Position numbers and translations under genes: made by a program | The notes under the pieces: model-generated | Databases searched by the model: none | What the model was told of the DNA's origin: nothing | Seen by the model: the letters and a program-made list of their open reading frames with translations, nothing else | Assembly: GCA_949298405.1 (NCBI GenBank) | Contig: CASFWA010000001.1 | Span: 210,023 to 274,022 of the forward strand | Direction: 5' to 3' | From: an uncultured Pseudomonadota bacterium | Lineage (GTDB): Bacteria; Pseudomonadota; Alphaproteobacteria; Rs-D84 | DNA: 64,000 nt | Part shown: in pieces, positions 36,665-45,426 of the stretch | Numbering within the stretch: the first letter of the stretch is position 1 | Layout: every line of letters starts with the position of its first letter

Positions 36665-37612
36665 TTATCTTATTTTTGTGAATGCGAATTGTTTTATAAA
36701 TTCGCGTTCTTTTTTATTTAATTCGGTTTTTACTTCGTTGACTGACTGTTTTTCAATGTCTTGTTCTGGGTATTTGCCTGTCGTCTGAATCATTTTGATT
36801 CTTTGATTATATAATGCTTTAAGTAATATATCGGAAAATTCAGAAAAACTCATTGATGGTTTAGTATCGTGTTGTCTTATTGTCATGTATAATGCTTTCT
36901 GGCGCGCTAATAATGATTCTGCGCCCATATAATTCGCGATAGGGTCGTTGTCTTTTATTGCTATGCCATGAATCTCTTTAAGGGTTTTTGAATCTATGTT
37001 ATAGAAAAATGCGTTTATTCTTGCGTGATTAAATAGTTTCATATTTGCTTTTTTTCTAATTGCAATACCGCTTATTACTTTTTCTGCTTTTGTAAGATTT
37101 TCACGTAAATAGATTCTTGAAAATTTATATGCCATTTCATTTAATTGCTCGAATTTTGTGTTCGGGTTCATGAAATATAGTTGGGCGAAAATCATATAGG
37201 GGTATTGTTTCATTATGCTCCAACAGGCATATCTGCTTAATTTCGCGTCTAAACCTTCTTTTTTATATTTTACACCGTTAGGTGCGTGTATTGAGTAATT
37301 GTTTGTTATAGTTATTATGTGCGATGTTATGAAGTCTTGAAACTTTTCTGGTGATAAAAGATTGGACTCGCCTTTTTGGTGTAGTTTTTTAGGTGTGTGT
37401 CTGGTTATTGCGTTATAAGCAGTTGAATATGCGTTTTTGTGTTCGCCCATTAAATCTTCGCCAAAAAGATTATATAAGTTTGAAAATAGCCAATAATCTG
37501 AAAGTTGAACGGAAAAATCTGTTTCTGGTGAAAATAAATTTGTTTCTTGTTTGGAGCGTAAAATTTGGCCCTGTAAATATTCGTATGTTGTTTTGGCTTG
37601 TGGACGTGGCAT
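36665..37612 (-). CDS. Hypothetical 315-aa protein, immediately downstream of the RHH-like gene
   Basis: ORF 17 nt after the stop of the 37630-37869 gene, so probably co-transcribed. No recognisable catalytic motif. Confidence 0.5.
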   Translation of the reverse strand: MPRPQAKTTYEYLQGQILRSKQETNLFSPETDFSVQLSDYWLFSNLYNLFGEDLMGEHKNAYSTAYNAITRHTPKKLHQKGESNLLSPEKFQDFITSHIITITNNYSIHAPNGVKYKKEGLDAKLSRYACWSIMKQYPYMIFAQLYFMNPNTKFEQLNEMAYKFSRIYLRENLTKAEKVISGIAIRKKANMKLFNHARINAFFYNIDSKTLKEIHGIAIKDNDPIANYMGAESLLARQKALYMTIRQHDTKPSMSFSEFSDILLKALYNQRIKMIQTTGKYPEQDIEKQSVNEVKTELNKKEREFIKQFAFTKIR

Positions 37613-37629
37613 GTTTTGTTCCTATAAAT

Positions 37630-37869
37630 TTATACGATTGTTTGCTGCTTTTGTTCTTCTATGTTCGCGATAGAGAATAAAACAGAAGATATTAATGATT
37701 GATATGGTACGTGCTGTTTTTCTGCCAACTGTTTTATGCTGTCTAAAACAGGGCGTGGAATACGCATGTTTATTACGCAGTCTGATTTGTTAAATGTTTT
37801 ATATGCTGCGTACTCTTTTAATAAAGATTCCATGTTCATTATAAACAGTTGCTGCATAACGTTTGGCAT
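37630..37869 (-). CDS. Ribbon-helix-helix (CopG/BrnA-like) antitoxin-family DNA-binding protein
   Basis: INMRIPRPVLDSIKQLAEKQHVPYQSLISSVL has the RHH beta-strand/helix/helix pattern and resembles BrnA-type antitoxins (RIP..L....A...G.PYQ.LI). AGGAGA RBS upstream. Start is ATG 37869 or GTG 37875. Confidence 0.55.
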   Translation of the reverse strand: MPNVMQQLFIMNMESLLKEYAAYKTFNKSDCVINMRIPRPVLDSIKQLAEKQHVPYQSLISSVLFSIANIEEQKQQTIV

Positions 37870-37916
37870 ATACACAATCTCCTATACGAACCACAATACC
37901 ATAGTCTTTACAAGTG

Positions 37917-37944
37917 ACTATAACATTGTATTGGCATTTGTCAA
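37917..37944 (-). promoter_or_regulatory. Sigma70-like promoter (TTGACA-16 bp-TATAGT) for the RHH gene
   Basis: On the minus strand: TTGACA (37944-37939), a 16-nt spacer, and TATAGT (37922-37917), about 45 nt upstream of the start codon. Confidence 0.5.
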
Positions 37945-38173
37945 TACATTTGTGATTGCAGGTGTGATGGCTTTTGTAATGTCGTGTGTGATGGCGTTTG
38001 TGTTGAGTATTGGCGGAAGAGGGTGGTTTTGTGTTCTTTTATTGTTTTATTGTTTTGTTTTTAGGTGCATGTTTAGGAATCTTTTTATTTGATAAAATCG
38101 GGGTGTGTGCCTTGCTTTTTTGTAAATATGCATATAAAATTACAACGAAATCTTTTTGGGAAAGGAATTTAAA

Positions 38174-39493
38174 ATGTTAAGAAAAATATTATCCTTGTTT
38201 GTGGTATGTTTTTTTACGGTATCGCCTGCGTTCGCAGAATTGAAGGTTGATATTATTGCAGGTGCAACAGAACCCATTTCTGTTGCTGTGCAAAAGTTTG
38301 AAACAGTTGGGAAAGTGTCTTCTGATGATGCGGCGATGATACGTGAAGTTGTAGAAAATGATTTAAAGTCTACGGGGCTATTTAGAATTGTTTCTCATGA
38401 TGCGCTGCCAGAGTTTGTAAAAATGGGTAATATGCCAGATTTTAATTTGTGGATGGCGATTAAAGCACAGGTTTTAGTTCAGGCAAAGTTGTCCGCAGAA
38501 TCAGACGGTAAATATAATCTAGAATTTTATGTATGGGATGTTAATGGGAAAGAGCAAATAGAGGCTCAAAGTTTAGTGGCATCAAAAAAGTCTGCACGTA
38601 GATTGGCGCATATCATGGCAGATGCTATTTATGAAAGACTAACAGGTGAAATTGGTTATTTTGATACGCAAATAGTATTTATTGCGGAAACGGGGCCGGT
38701 TCATAATCGTGTGAAACGTATGGCAATTATGGACCAAGATGGGTATGGGTTGCGTTATTTGTCTGATAAAAAGACTTTTGTTATGTCGCCTCATTTTTCG
38801 CCCAATATGCAAACTATCGTATTCTTATCCTTTAAAGACGATGACCCGATGGTTTGGACTTTGGACTTAGATACTGGTGAACAAAGAAGATTAGGACAGT
38901 TTGGTGGAATGAACTTTGCACCTCGTTTCTCGCCAGATGGCTCAAAAATTGCATTGTCCTTGGTAAAAAATGGAATTACGCATATATATGAATATGATAT
39001 TGAATCTAAATCTTTAAAGCAGTTAACGTTTGGGAACTCTTTAAATACAAGTCCTTCTTATTCCCCAGATGGAAAAAAGTTAGCGTTTAACTCTGACCGT
39101 AGTGGTAATCAGCAGATTTATGTCTTGGATTTGGAAAGCGGCGAAGTAGAACGTTTGACTTATGGAGCAGGGCGATATGCAACACCTGCATGGTCACCAG
39201 ATGGGCAGTTTATAGCGTTTACAAAAATGGCAGACGATACTTTTTATATCGGTATTATGGACCCACGCGGAAGAAATGAAAAAATATTAGCAGGTGGTTG
39301 GTATATGGAAGCGCCTTCGTGGGCACCAGGGTCACGTCGCGTTGTTTATTATGAAACAGAACGTGCGCTGGACGGTATTGAACGCATTAGTCATATTCGT
39401 AGCGTCGATATTACTGGTAGAAATGTTTATGACATAGAATTACCAGACGATGTAAATGGTGTAGAACCTACTTGGTCACCTCGTTTGCCTTGA
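38174..39493 (+). CDS. tolB: Tol-Pal system periplasmic beta-propeller protein TolB
   Basis: Signal peptide. TolB N-domain followed by repeated WD-like blades (FSPDGSKIAL, YSPDGKKLAF, WSPDGQFIAF, WAPGSRRVVY). ATG at 38174 with AAAGGA RBS. Confidence 0.85.
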   Translation: MLRKILSLFVVCFFTVSPAFAELKVDIIAGATEPISVAVQKFETVGKVSSDDAAMIREVVENDLKSTGLFRIVSHDALPEFVKMGNMPDFNLWMAIKAQVLVQAKLSAESDGKYNLEFYVWDVNGKEQIEAQSLVASKKSARRLAHIMADAIYERLTGEIGYFDTQIVFIAETGPVHNRVKRMAIMDQDGYGLRYLSDKKTFVMSPHFSPNMQTIVFLSFKDDDPMVWTLDLDTGEQRRLGQFGGMNFAPRFSPDGSKIALSLVKNGITHIYEYDIESKSLKQLTFGNSLNTSPSYSPDGKKLAFNSDRSGNQQIYVLDLESGEVERLTYGAGRYATPAWSPDGQFIAFTKMADDTFYIGIMDPRGRNEKILAGGWYMEAPSWAPGSRRVVYYETERALDGIERISHIRSVDITGRNVYDIELPDDVNGVEPTWSPRLP

Positions 39494-39906
39494 TGAGTAT
39501 GCGGATTATTTGTTTTGGTTTGATGTTGTGTGTGGCAGGCGCTGCTTATGCGGTTCCTGCCACTGTTGATTATATTTTTGACGGTGATACTTTTGCAGCA
39601 ACCGTGCACTTAGATGACGAAGTCGATGTTTCTACGCGCGTTCGCTTGATGAATGTTGATACTCCAGAAATTCATGGTATGTGTGAACGTGAAATAGATA
39701 TGGCTAATCGTGCCAAAAATCGGCTCGCTGAATTGTTGCCAATAGGAAGTAAAGTTGAACTAAAAAGTATAAAAGATGATAAATATCTGGGCAGAATAGA
39801 TGCTTATGTTTTGATAGATGGTAAAAAGGATGTTGGCGAGATTTTAATAAAAGAAAATTTAGGGCGAGCATATAGTGGTGGGCGACGTGAAAGCTGGTGC
39901 GAATAG
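39472..39906 (+). CDS. Secreted thermonuclease (SNase/micrococcal nuclease) family protein
   Basis: Signal peptide followed by the SNase fold: DGDTFAATV...VRLMNVDTPEIHG...YLGRIDAYV...GRAY. Overlaps the tolB 3' end. Confidence 0.75.
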   Translation: MVTSFALMSMRIICFGLMLCVAGAAYAVPATVDYIFDGDTFAATVHLDDEVDVSTRVRLMNVDTPEIHGMCEREIDMANRAKNRLAELLPIGSKVELKSIKDDKYLGRIDAYVLIDGKKDVGEILIKENLGRAYSGGRRESWCE

Positions 39907-40009
39907 GAATATTTACTTGTATAAACAAATTGAATAACTTTTATGTGTCTAGTATAATTAGAATAAACACTTGCTTTTTTGCGGTGTTTGTATTTTTAGA
40001 GAGAATGAT

Positions 40010-40252
40010 ATGACACATAATGATGTATGGTCTGCTATAGATAAGTTGGCCAGAAAAAATAAAATTTCTTGTTCAAAATTGGCTCTTTCAAGTGGTTTAG
40101 ATGCAACAACTTTTAATAAAAGTAAAAGGTATTCTGTTTTCGGCAAGCCACGTTGGCCATCTATGCATAGTATTTCGAAAATATTAGAATCTACTTCAAC
40201 TTCGCCGACTGAATTTGCGGCTTTTATAGAAGATAATAAACAAGAACGCTAA
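40010..40252 (+). CDS. Small helix-turn-helix DNA-binding protein (conserved alphaproteobacterial phage-repressor-like HTH)
   Basis: MTHNDVWSAIDKLARKNKISCSKLALSSGLDATTFNKSKR...GKPRWPSMHSISKILESTSTSPTEFAAF matches a small HTH family. ATG at 40010. Confidence 0.55.
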   Translation: MTHNDVWSAIDKLARKNKISCSKLALSSGLDATTFNKSKRYSVFGKPRWPSMHSISKILESTSTSPTEFAAFIEDNKQER

Positions 40253-40285
40253 AATTTTACCCCCGCAATGGCGGGGGATTTTAGT
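40251..40285. terminator. Bidirectional terminator
   Basis: AAAATTTTACCCCCGC-AATG-GCGGGGGATTTTAG. Confidence 0.7.
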
Positions 40286-40859
40286 TGCTGTAGTAGCAAT
40301 TGCTGGGGGTAAAAACGTATGTCCCTGCACTATCGGATAAATTTGTGTTTGCAGGTATATAACAATTCGTTATTGTTTGGGTTCCTGACGCGGAATTTCC
40401 GGATATGCCATCCAGTGAAGGGCATTTTATGCATCCTGAAGTTCCGTTGGTTGAAGAACCATAATATCCCTCTGCGCATCTGTACTCTGTCTTTTTACTG
40501 CATATGCAGGTTAAGGTATTGCAATTTGCAACAGTTCTTTTTTGGTAGCCGGTTGAATGGTTTGACCAACTGCTTGTTTCGCAATCTGGACAACCAGAAG
40601 AACAATCTGGATATGGCGTACATATTCCTGGAAAACTGTGGGATAAGTCACAATAAAAACCGTTTCTGCAGTCTGTTGTTTCATAGCAAGAACTTCCACT
40701 GCCACCATCTCCGTTCTCTATACATATACCGCTGGAACAATCGGCGTCGAAGACACAAAGGCTTCCATCATCTGGGCCACCAGAACATGTACCAGATAGG
40801 GATTCTGTCGGTACAAATAATATTGTACATAACGTTAGAGGTATAAAAATTTTTTTCAT
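40281..40859 (-). CDS. Secreted Cys-rich protein, paralog of the 33990-34601 product
   Basis: Signal peptide MKKIFIPLTLCTILFVPTESLSG. The C-terminus CIKCPSLDGISGNSASGTQTITNCYIPANTNLSDSAGTYVFTPSNCYYSN aligns with the C-terminal module of the 33990 gene product. Confidence 0.6.
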   Translation of the reverse strand: MKKIFIPLTLCTILFVPTESLSGTCSGGPDDGSLCVFDADCSSGICIENGDGGSGSSCYETTDCRNGFYCDLSHSFPGICTPYPDCSSGCPDCETSSWSNHSTGYQKRTVANCNTLTCICSKKTEYRCAEGYYGSSTNGTSGCIKCPSLDGISGNSASGTQTITNCYIPANTNLSDSAGTYVFTPSNCYYSN

Positions 40860-40864
40860 TCAAG

Positions 40865-41146
40865 CTCTCCTTGTTTTTGATGAAAATCAAAAAACCGCCG
40901 AATTCGTGTAGGCGGTTGGAGGCTTGAAACTATCTTATAAAATAGCGGGCTTATTTAATTATATCGCCACCCTCCAACCTTTTATAAGTTGGAGTTGTTT
41001 ACATACTATCGCAATGCAACGCGTTATAAGAGAGGTTTCAAGTCCTCGTCCAGGGAATACCCCTAGACAAATTTAGTGTAGTATAAAATTTTTTATCTGT
41101 AAAGATTAAAAGAAATCGCCCCGTAACACGGGGCGTTTTCTTATGC
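40865..41146 (+). ncRNA. Candidate structured non-coding RNA / regulatory element, unclassified
   Basis: 280-bp region with no ORF. Mutually exclusive helices: GGTTGGAGG (about 40928) pairs with CCTCCAACC (about 40972), or alternatively CTCCAACC pairs with GTTGGAG (about 40985). Long-range pair GGAGGCTTGAAAC ... GTTTCAAGTCCTC. 5' hairpin CCGCC...GGCGG. 3' hairpin CGCCCCG-TAACA-CGGGGCG followed by TTTTCTT (41117-41146). Confidence 0.3.
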
Positions 41147-41848
41147 ACTATGACGATTTATTGCTTCACTTATTTCTTCCAAGGACGCATTACATGGAAG
41201 TAGCGGTTCAAACCAGACGTTTGCTGTCCCGCTGCGGATTTGACCGTGTTTGGGCCAATATAGACCTGCATCTGTGCCAACTGGTAAAATAGGTAATTTT
41301 AATTGATGTGCTAAAAATAACAAACCACGTTTAAGAGGTATCTTTTGACCAGGTTTTGCACGCGTTCCTTCTGGGAATATTATTAATATTTTTCCATCCA
41401 TTATTTTTTCTGCTACTGCATTAGTTAATTTTTGCATGTTTGTTGCACCACGTGCGCGATTTACAGGTTGTAAACCCATGCGCCAAAATGCCCAACCATA
41501 AATAGGTATCCATAATAATTCACGTTTTATTATGAAAAACGCGTTTGGAACAACCTTAGATAATATCGCTATTTCTAAAATAGACATATGCTTTGCAGCG
41601 ATTATCGCTTTGCCGTCTAGACGAATGTTGCCATTTGGTGCAACTGGAACACCGTTTTCTTCCAATAGTGGATAGTGGACTGTGTATTTTATGCCTGCAA
41701 CTAATCGGGCAACCATCAAAACCCCATATGCACATGTTAATACTAAAAACGTATTTAGTTTTTTTGATATTAAACCGATAAGTAATATCGGAGACCACAA
41801 TACAAAATATATGCCTAGTACCGTTTTAAAAATAATTGTTTTTAACAT
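41141..41848 (-). CDS. plsC: 1-acyl-sn-glycerol-3-phosphate acyltransferase (LPLAT family)
   Basis: N-terminal TM. Acyltransferase motifs AAKHMSILE and FPEGTRAKPG. Confidence 0.7.
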   Translation of the reverse strand: MLKTIIFKTVLGIYFVLWSPILLIGLISKKLNTFLVLTCAYGVLMVARLVAGIKYTVHYPLLEENGVPVAPNGNIRLDGKAIIAAKHMSILEIAILSKVVPNAFFIIKRELLWIPIYGWAFWRMGLQPVNRARGATNMQKLTNAVAEKIMDGKILIIFPEGTRAKPGQKIPLKRGLLFLAHQLKLPILPVGTDAGLYWPKHGQIRSGTANVWFEPLLPCNASLEEISEAINRHSA

Positions 41849-41851
41849 TTT

Positions 41852-42361
41852 TTACCCTTCTTTTATTCCCATCATTGTTGCGATGTATTTTATATATTCT
41901 ATAGTCCATCTTTCAAGTCTTTTTGTTGTTGGCATGCCAGTTAATGGTACGGGACATGCAACTATTTCTGATTCTGGTAATTCTTGTTTGATTAAGTACT
42001 TTGCTCGGTTCATATGGTCTTCGGTTGTTATTATTACAAGTCTGTCTAAACCCGCACGATTTGCAATTTCTTTTATTGCAAGGGCGTTTTCATATGTTGA
42101 CTTGGAGTCTGATTCAATCGTGACTTTCTTTGCCATTTCATAAGAGCCTTGGGCGCCAGCACCAATAATGTAAAGGTCTGCATCTGGGTGTTGGCGTAAT
42201 TGACGCATCGCAAATGGTATTCTGCGTACATCGCCAGTTAAAACAAATATACTGTCGTCTGGTAATATAGTTGCACAATTGCTGGGGGCCATTGATTTAA
42301 ACATCAAACCTCCTAAAACAAAACAACTAAGTAATAATAAAGACGGTGTCAGAAGTTTCAT
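41852..42361 (-). CDS. DUF218/YdcF-ElyC family protein
   Basis: ...LYIIGAGAQGSYEMAKK...SDSKSTYENALAIKEIANRAGLDRLVIITTEDHMNRAKYL matches the DUF218 core. The ATG at 42361 overlaps the ftsX stop (TAATG). The six-frame ORF extends further 5'. Confidence 0.6.
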   Translation of the reverse strand: MKLLTPSLLLLSCFVLGGLMFKSMAPSNCATILPDDSIFVLTGDVRRIPFAMRQLRQHPDADLYIIGAGAQGSYEMAKKVTIESDSKSTYENALAIKEIANRAGLDRLVIITTEDHMNRAKYLIKQELPESEIVACPVPLTGMPTTKRLERWTIEYIKYIATMMGIKEG

Positions 42362-43203
42362 TAGTTGTCTTTTAGGATATTTAATGTCGTTTTCTTCGTT
42401 ATCCATATCGCAAAAATTATAATTGCAATAGGTAATAATAGTAGTAGTAACCAACCTGTCCCGGAAATATTAAGCATTGCCATAAGGCCAACGCGGGCGC
42501 TGTGCGCGGTTGATAATATTAAAAGCAAAATCGGGGCGGCTACTAAAAAGCCAGATGCTGAAGCAATAATACTAATTTTCGCAATTATTATTTGCATTTG
42601 GTGTGCTACGAAATTGTCACTGGCACCAATTTGATTTAATATCTCTAATTCACGTTTATGCAATAATGCGGTATTCCGTGCAATATAAGAAATGCAGATG
42701 CCGATTGCACCCAGTGTCAGAATTAATACAAATGTTGAAATGAATATCATTTTCCAACCCGCAGAAGTTGAACTTTTTAATGCCTCTGCATGAGTTAAAA
42801 ATCTTGCATGTTTTGATATTTGCGTACCCACATTTTCTAAATCTGATGTACTTTTGAATTTTAATTCATACATTTTGGGAAGGTAGTTTTCTAATGCGTC
42901 GCCGCCGCCAGAAAGCCATGGACGCATTAAATCTTTCATTTGTTCTGTGGAAATTTCATTGGCTTCGATTATTTTGTCCTTATTTTCATCTAATATTTTT
43001 TTTACATTTTGATTGTTTTCAGGATTCATTATTTGAACTGTGGCAAATAAGTCCCATTGCGTGTTCCAGCGCATTACACCTGTGCCAATGGATAGAGATA
43101 TGCCCAAGGCCAAAACTGCAAGAAATGTTAATAACGCCATGATGGCGGTCATAAAAATTGATTGCTCTTGAACTAATGAAAATACAATAGGTTTTTTTGT
43201 CAT
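42361..43203 (-). CDS. ftsX: Cell-division ABC transporter permease FtsX-like
   Basis: 280 aa. TM1, a large periplasmic loop and three C-terminal TMs form the FtsX topology. The start overlaps the ftsE stop. Confidence 0.65.
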   Translation of the reverse strand: MTKKPIVFSLVQEQSIFMTAIMALLTFLAVLALGISLSIGTGVMRWNTQWDLFATVQIMNPENNQNVKKILDENKDKIIEANEISTEQMKDLMRPWLSGGGDALENYLPKMYELKFKSTSDLENVGTQISKHARFLTHAEALKSSTSAGWKMIFISTFVLILTLGAIGICISYIARNTALLHKRELEILNQIGASDNFVAHQMQIIIAKISIIASASGFLVAAPILLLILSTAHSARVGLMAMLNISGTGWLLLLLLPIAIIIFAIWITKKTTLNILKDN

Positions 43204-43988
43204 GCTTTCTCTATATCGTCAAATTGTTTAGATAATTCTGTAAAATAATTTTGAGGTTTTGGACCCTTCCATATTTTCTTAGTTTCTTGTGTTTCGTTTT
43301 TTATACCCGAGCCCCCAAGAAAACTTACCTTGTGATTTTCAACATGAATGACGGGAAATTTGTATGTGTCCATAAGTTTTGTGCTGTGGGTCGCCAATAT
43401 TATAGTGGTTCCAAATGTTTTGTTCATTTGAATAAATAATTCCATCAAGCGTGACGCGTTTTCATCGTCAAGATTACCAGTCGGTTCGTCCGCAAGTAAA
43501 ATTGAAGGCTGTATTATTATAGCACGCGCAACGGAAACCCTTTGCTGTTGACCGCCAGATAGGGTTTTGGGGTTTGCGTCTGCATATTTACCAAGTCCTA
43601 CCCATTCTAATGTTTTTGTCACTAATTTTTTTATCTTTGATTCTGGTAAACCGCGTACGCGTAAGGGCAGGGCAACATTATCAAATACGGACATGTGTGA
43701 TAGTAGTGAATATTCTTGAAATACTATAGCCATTTTATGTCGTAATTTTGTTATATCGTCACGCGTCATATTATTTGTCGCTTGGCCGAATAGTTTTATC
43801 TGACCGCGACAAGGTTTGTGTAATTGATAAATTAGGCGCAATAAGGTTGTTTTTCCTGCGCCAGATGCGCCAGAAAGAAAATAAAATGCACCGTTGCTGA
43901 TATTAAATGATACATCAGACAATACCTCGCGGGCATTGTCATATTTTGCACCAACATTTGCAAAAGAAATTGCGGTATTGTCTTCCAT
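43200..43988 (-). CDS. ftsE: Cell-division ABC ATPase FtsE-like (with ~40-aa C-terminal extension)
   Basis: Walker A GASGAGKTTLL, signature LSGGQQQRV, Walker B ILLADEPTGNLD. Coupled to ftsX. Confidence 0.7.
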   Translation of the reverse strand: MEDNTAISFANVGAKYDNAREVLSDVSFNISNGAFYFLSGASGAGKTTLLRLIYQLHKPCRGQIKLFGQATNNMTRDDITKLRHKMAIVFQEYSLLSHMSVFDNVALPLRVRGLPESKIKKLVTKTLEWVGLGKYADANPKTLSGGQQQRVSVARAIIIQPSILLADEPTGNLDDENASRLMELFIQMNKTFGTTIILATHSTKLMDTYKFPVIHVENHKVSFLGGSGIKNETQETKKIWKGPKPQNYFTELSKQFDDIEKA

Positions 43989-44055
43989 AAATTAGATAGT
44001 AGTAAAAAAAGATATATAGGTCAAGTTTTCAAGCCCATTTTTACTGATTGACAAA

Positions 44056-44085
44056 TTAAAAAAACGCGCTTTCACGCGTTTTTTC
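44056..44085 (-). terminator. Intrinsic terminator downstream of pal
   Basis: AACGCG-CTTTCA-CGCGTT hairpin flanked by an A-run and a T-run. Confidence 0.65.
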
Positions 44086-44486
44086 TATTCTTCTACAACT
44101 TTGGTTGTTGCATTTCTATTCTTTGCCCAGACTTCTTCGCCCGTACCTGGATATTGTGGACGTTCCTTGCCATAAGAAATTGTTTTTACTCTTTCTGGTT
44201 CAATTCCTTCTTTTATTAAAACGTGTGCTGCGTTGCCTGCACGTAAAGCGCCCAGAGCCAAGTTGTATTCAGTTGAACCGCGTTCGTCACAATGGCCTTC
44301 CATTATTACATTTATTTCTGGATTTTTTTTCATGTACAATGCTTGTTCGGATAAATTTTCCTGTGAAGCATCACTGATTACAGCAGAATCAAATGCAAAG
44401 AAAACTTTGTCATCGTTAATGTTGCTAGGAACGCTGCTGCATGCTGCTAAACTTATTGTTAGCATACAAAATAGAAATTTTTTCAT
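44085..44486 (-). CDS. pal: Peptidoglycan-associated lipoprotein (OmpA-family)
   Basis: Lipobox MKKFLFCMLTISLAAC. OmpA-like domain with NLALGALRAGNAAHVL and FAFDSAVI. Confidence 0.8.
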   Translation of the reverse strand: MKKFLFCMLTISLAACSSVPSNINDDKVFFAFDSAVISDASQENLSEQALYMKKNPEINVIMEGHCDERGSTEYNLALGALRAGNAAHVLIKEGIEPERVKTISYGKERPQYPGTGEEVWAKNRNATTKVVEE

Positions 44487-44631
44487 TTTTCCCCTCAGTC
44501 TTACTATATTGTGTAATTACCTATATGAAATTTAGCAAATTTTTTTAAAAGATGTCAATATTTTGTTTTTTTATGCTTTGGAATGAATGCCGTTTTGTGA
44601 TAGAATGGGTAAAAAAGTAGGAGTGTTTAAA

Positions 44632-45363
44632 ATGAAAAAAGTTATTTCCGTTTTAGGTTTGTTTAGTTTGGTCGCAACCGCAGCAAATGCGGCACCCAGT
44701 CATATTATGCGTGATTCCAACGGTGGGTATCTTGTCACATATGATTATACGGATAAGGCAAAAACTGGTTGGTATGTCGGTGCGCGCGCAGATTTAAATT
44801 TTCTGAATTGGGAAAATAAATATAGCGTAGATTCTGGGCTGACTGCTTCGGAAGACTATGCTTCGGATAAATATTCTTTTGAACCTGTTTTTGGTGGTAG
44901 TGTTTTTGCAGGTCGTAGTTTCTCATATTTTTGGCGTGCTGAATTAGAAGCAGGTTATATGGGTTATTTCGAAGATAAAGATGGTGAATCTGAATTTACT
45001 ATGCAGATACCTTATTTAATGGTTAATGGATATTATGATTTCACAAATGGTTTGTATTTAGGCGCAGGCGTTGGTGTTGCTATGCCTATTACAACAATTG
45101 ATTTGGGTGCTACTTTGGCTACAACGGATGGAAGTGACCGTAAAGAATATGGTTTTGCACCTATGGCTGGGGTTATGTTGGGATATTCACATAAATTGGA
45201 TGACAATTTAGTTTTAGATGTTCGTTATCGTTTAGCTGGAATGACCGGTTTGGATCAGCGTGTAAATATGTTTATTGAAGGTGAAAATTCTCATTGGTTT
45301 CAAAATGATATAGATTTTATTTTGGATAATTCTATATCAATTGGTTTGAGATATGAATTTTAG
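44632..45363 (+). CDS. Small outer-membrane beta-barrel protein (OmpA/OmpW-like porin family)
   Basis: ATG at 44632 with AGGAG RBS. Signal peptide MKKVISVLGLFSLVATAANA^APS. Alternating amphipathic strands. C-terminal ...IGLRYEF. Confidence 0.65.
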   Translation: MKKVISVLGLFSLVATAANAAPSHIMRDSNGGYLVTYDYTDKAKTGWYVGARADLNFLNWENKYSVDSGLTASEDYASDKYSFEPVFGGSVFAGRSFSYFWRAELEAGYMGYFEDKDGESEFTMQIPYLMVNGYYDFTNGLYLGAGVGVAMPITTIDLGATLATTDGSDRKEYGFAPMAGVMLGYSHKLDDNLVLDVRYRLAGMTGLDQRVNMFIEGENSHWFQNDIDFILDNSISIGLRYEF

Positions 45364-45426
45364 TATAGGAAAACAGTTGACCCGATTCGCAAAAATGTGA
45401 TATTATGTGATACGTAGAGAGAATAA

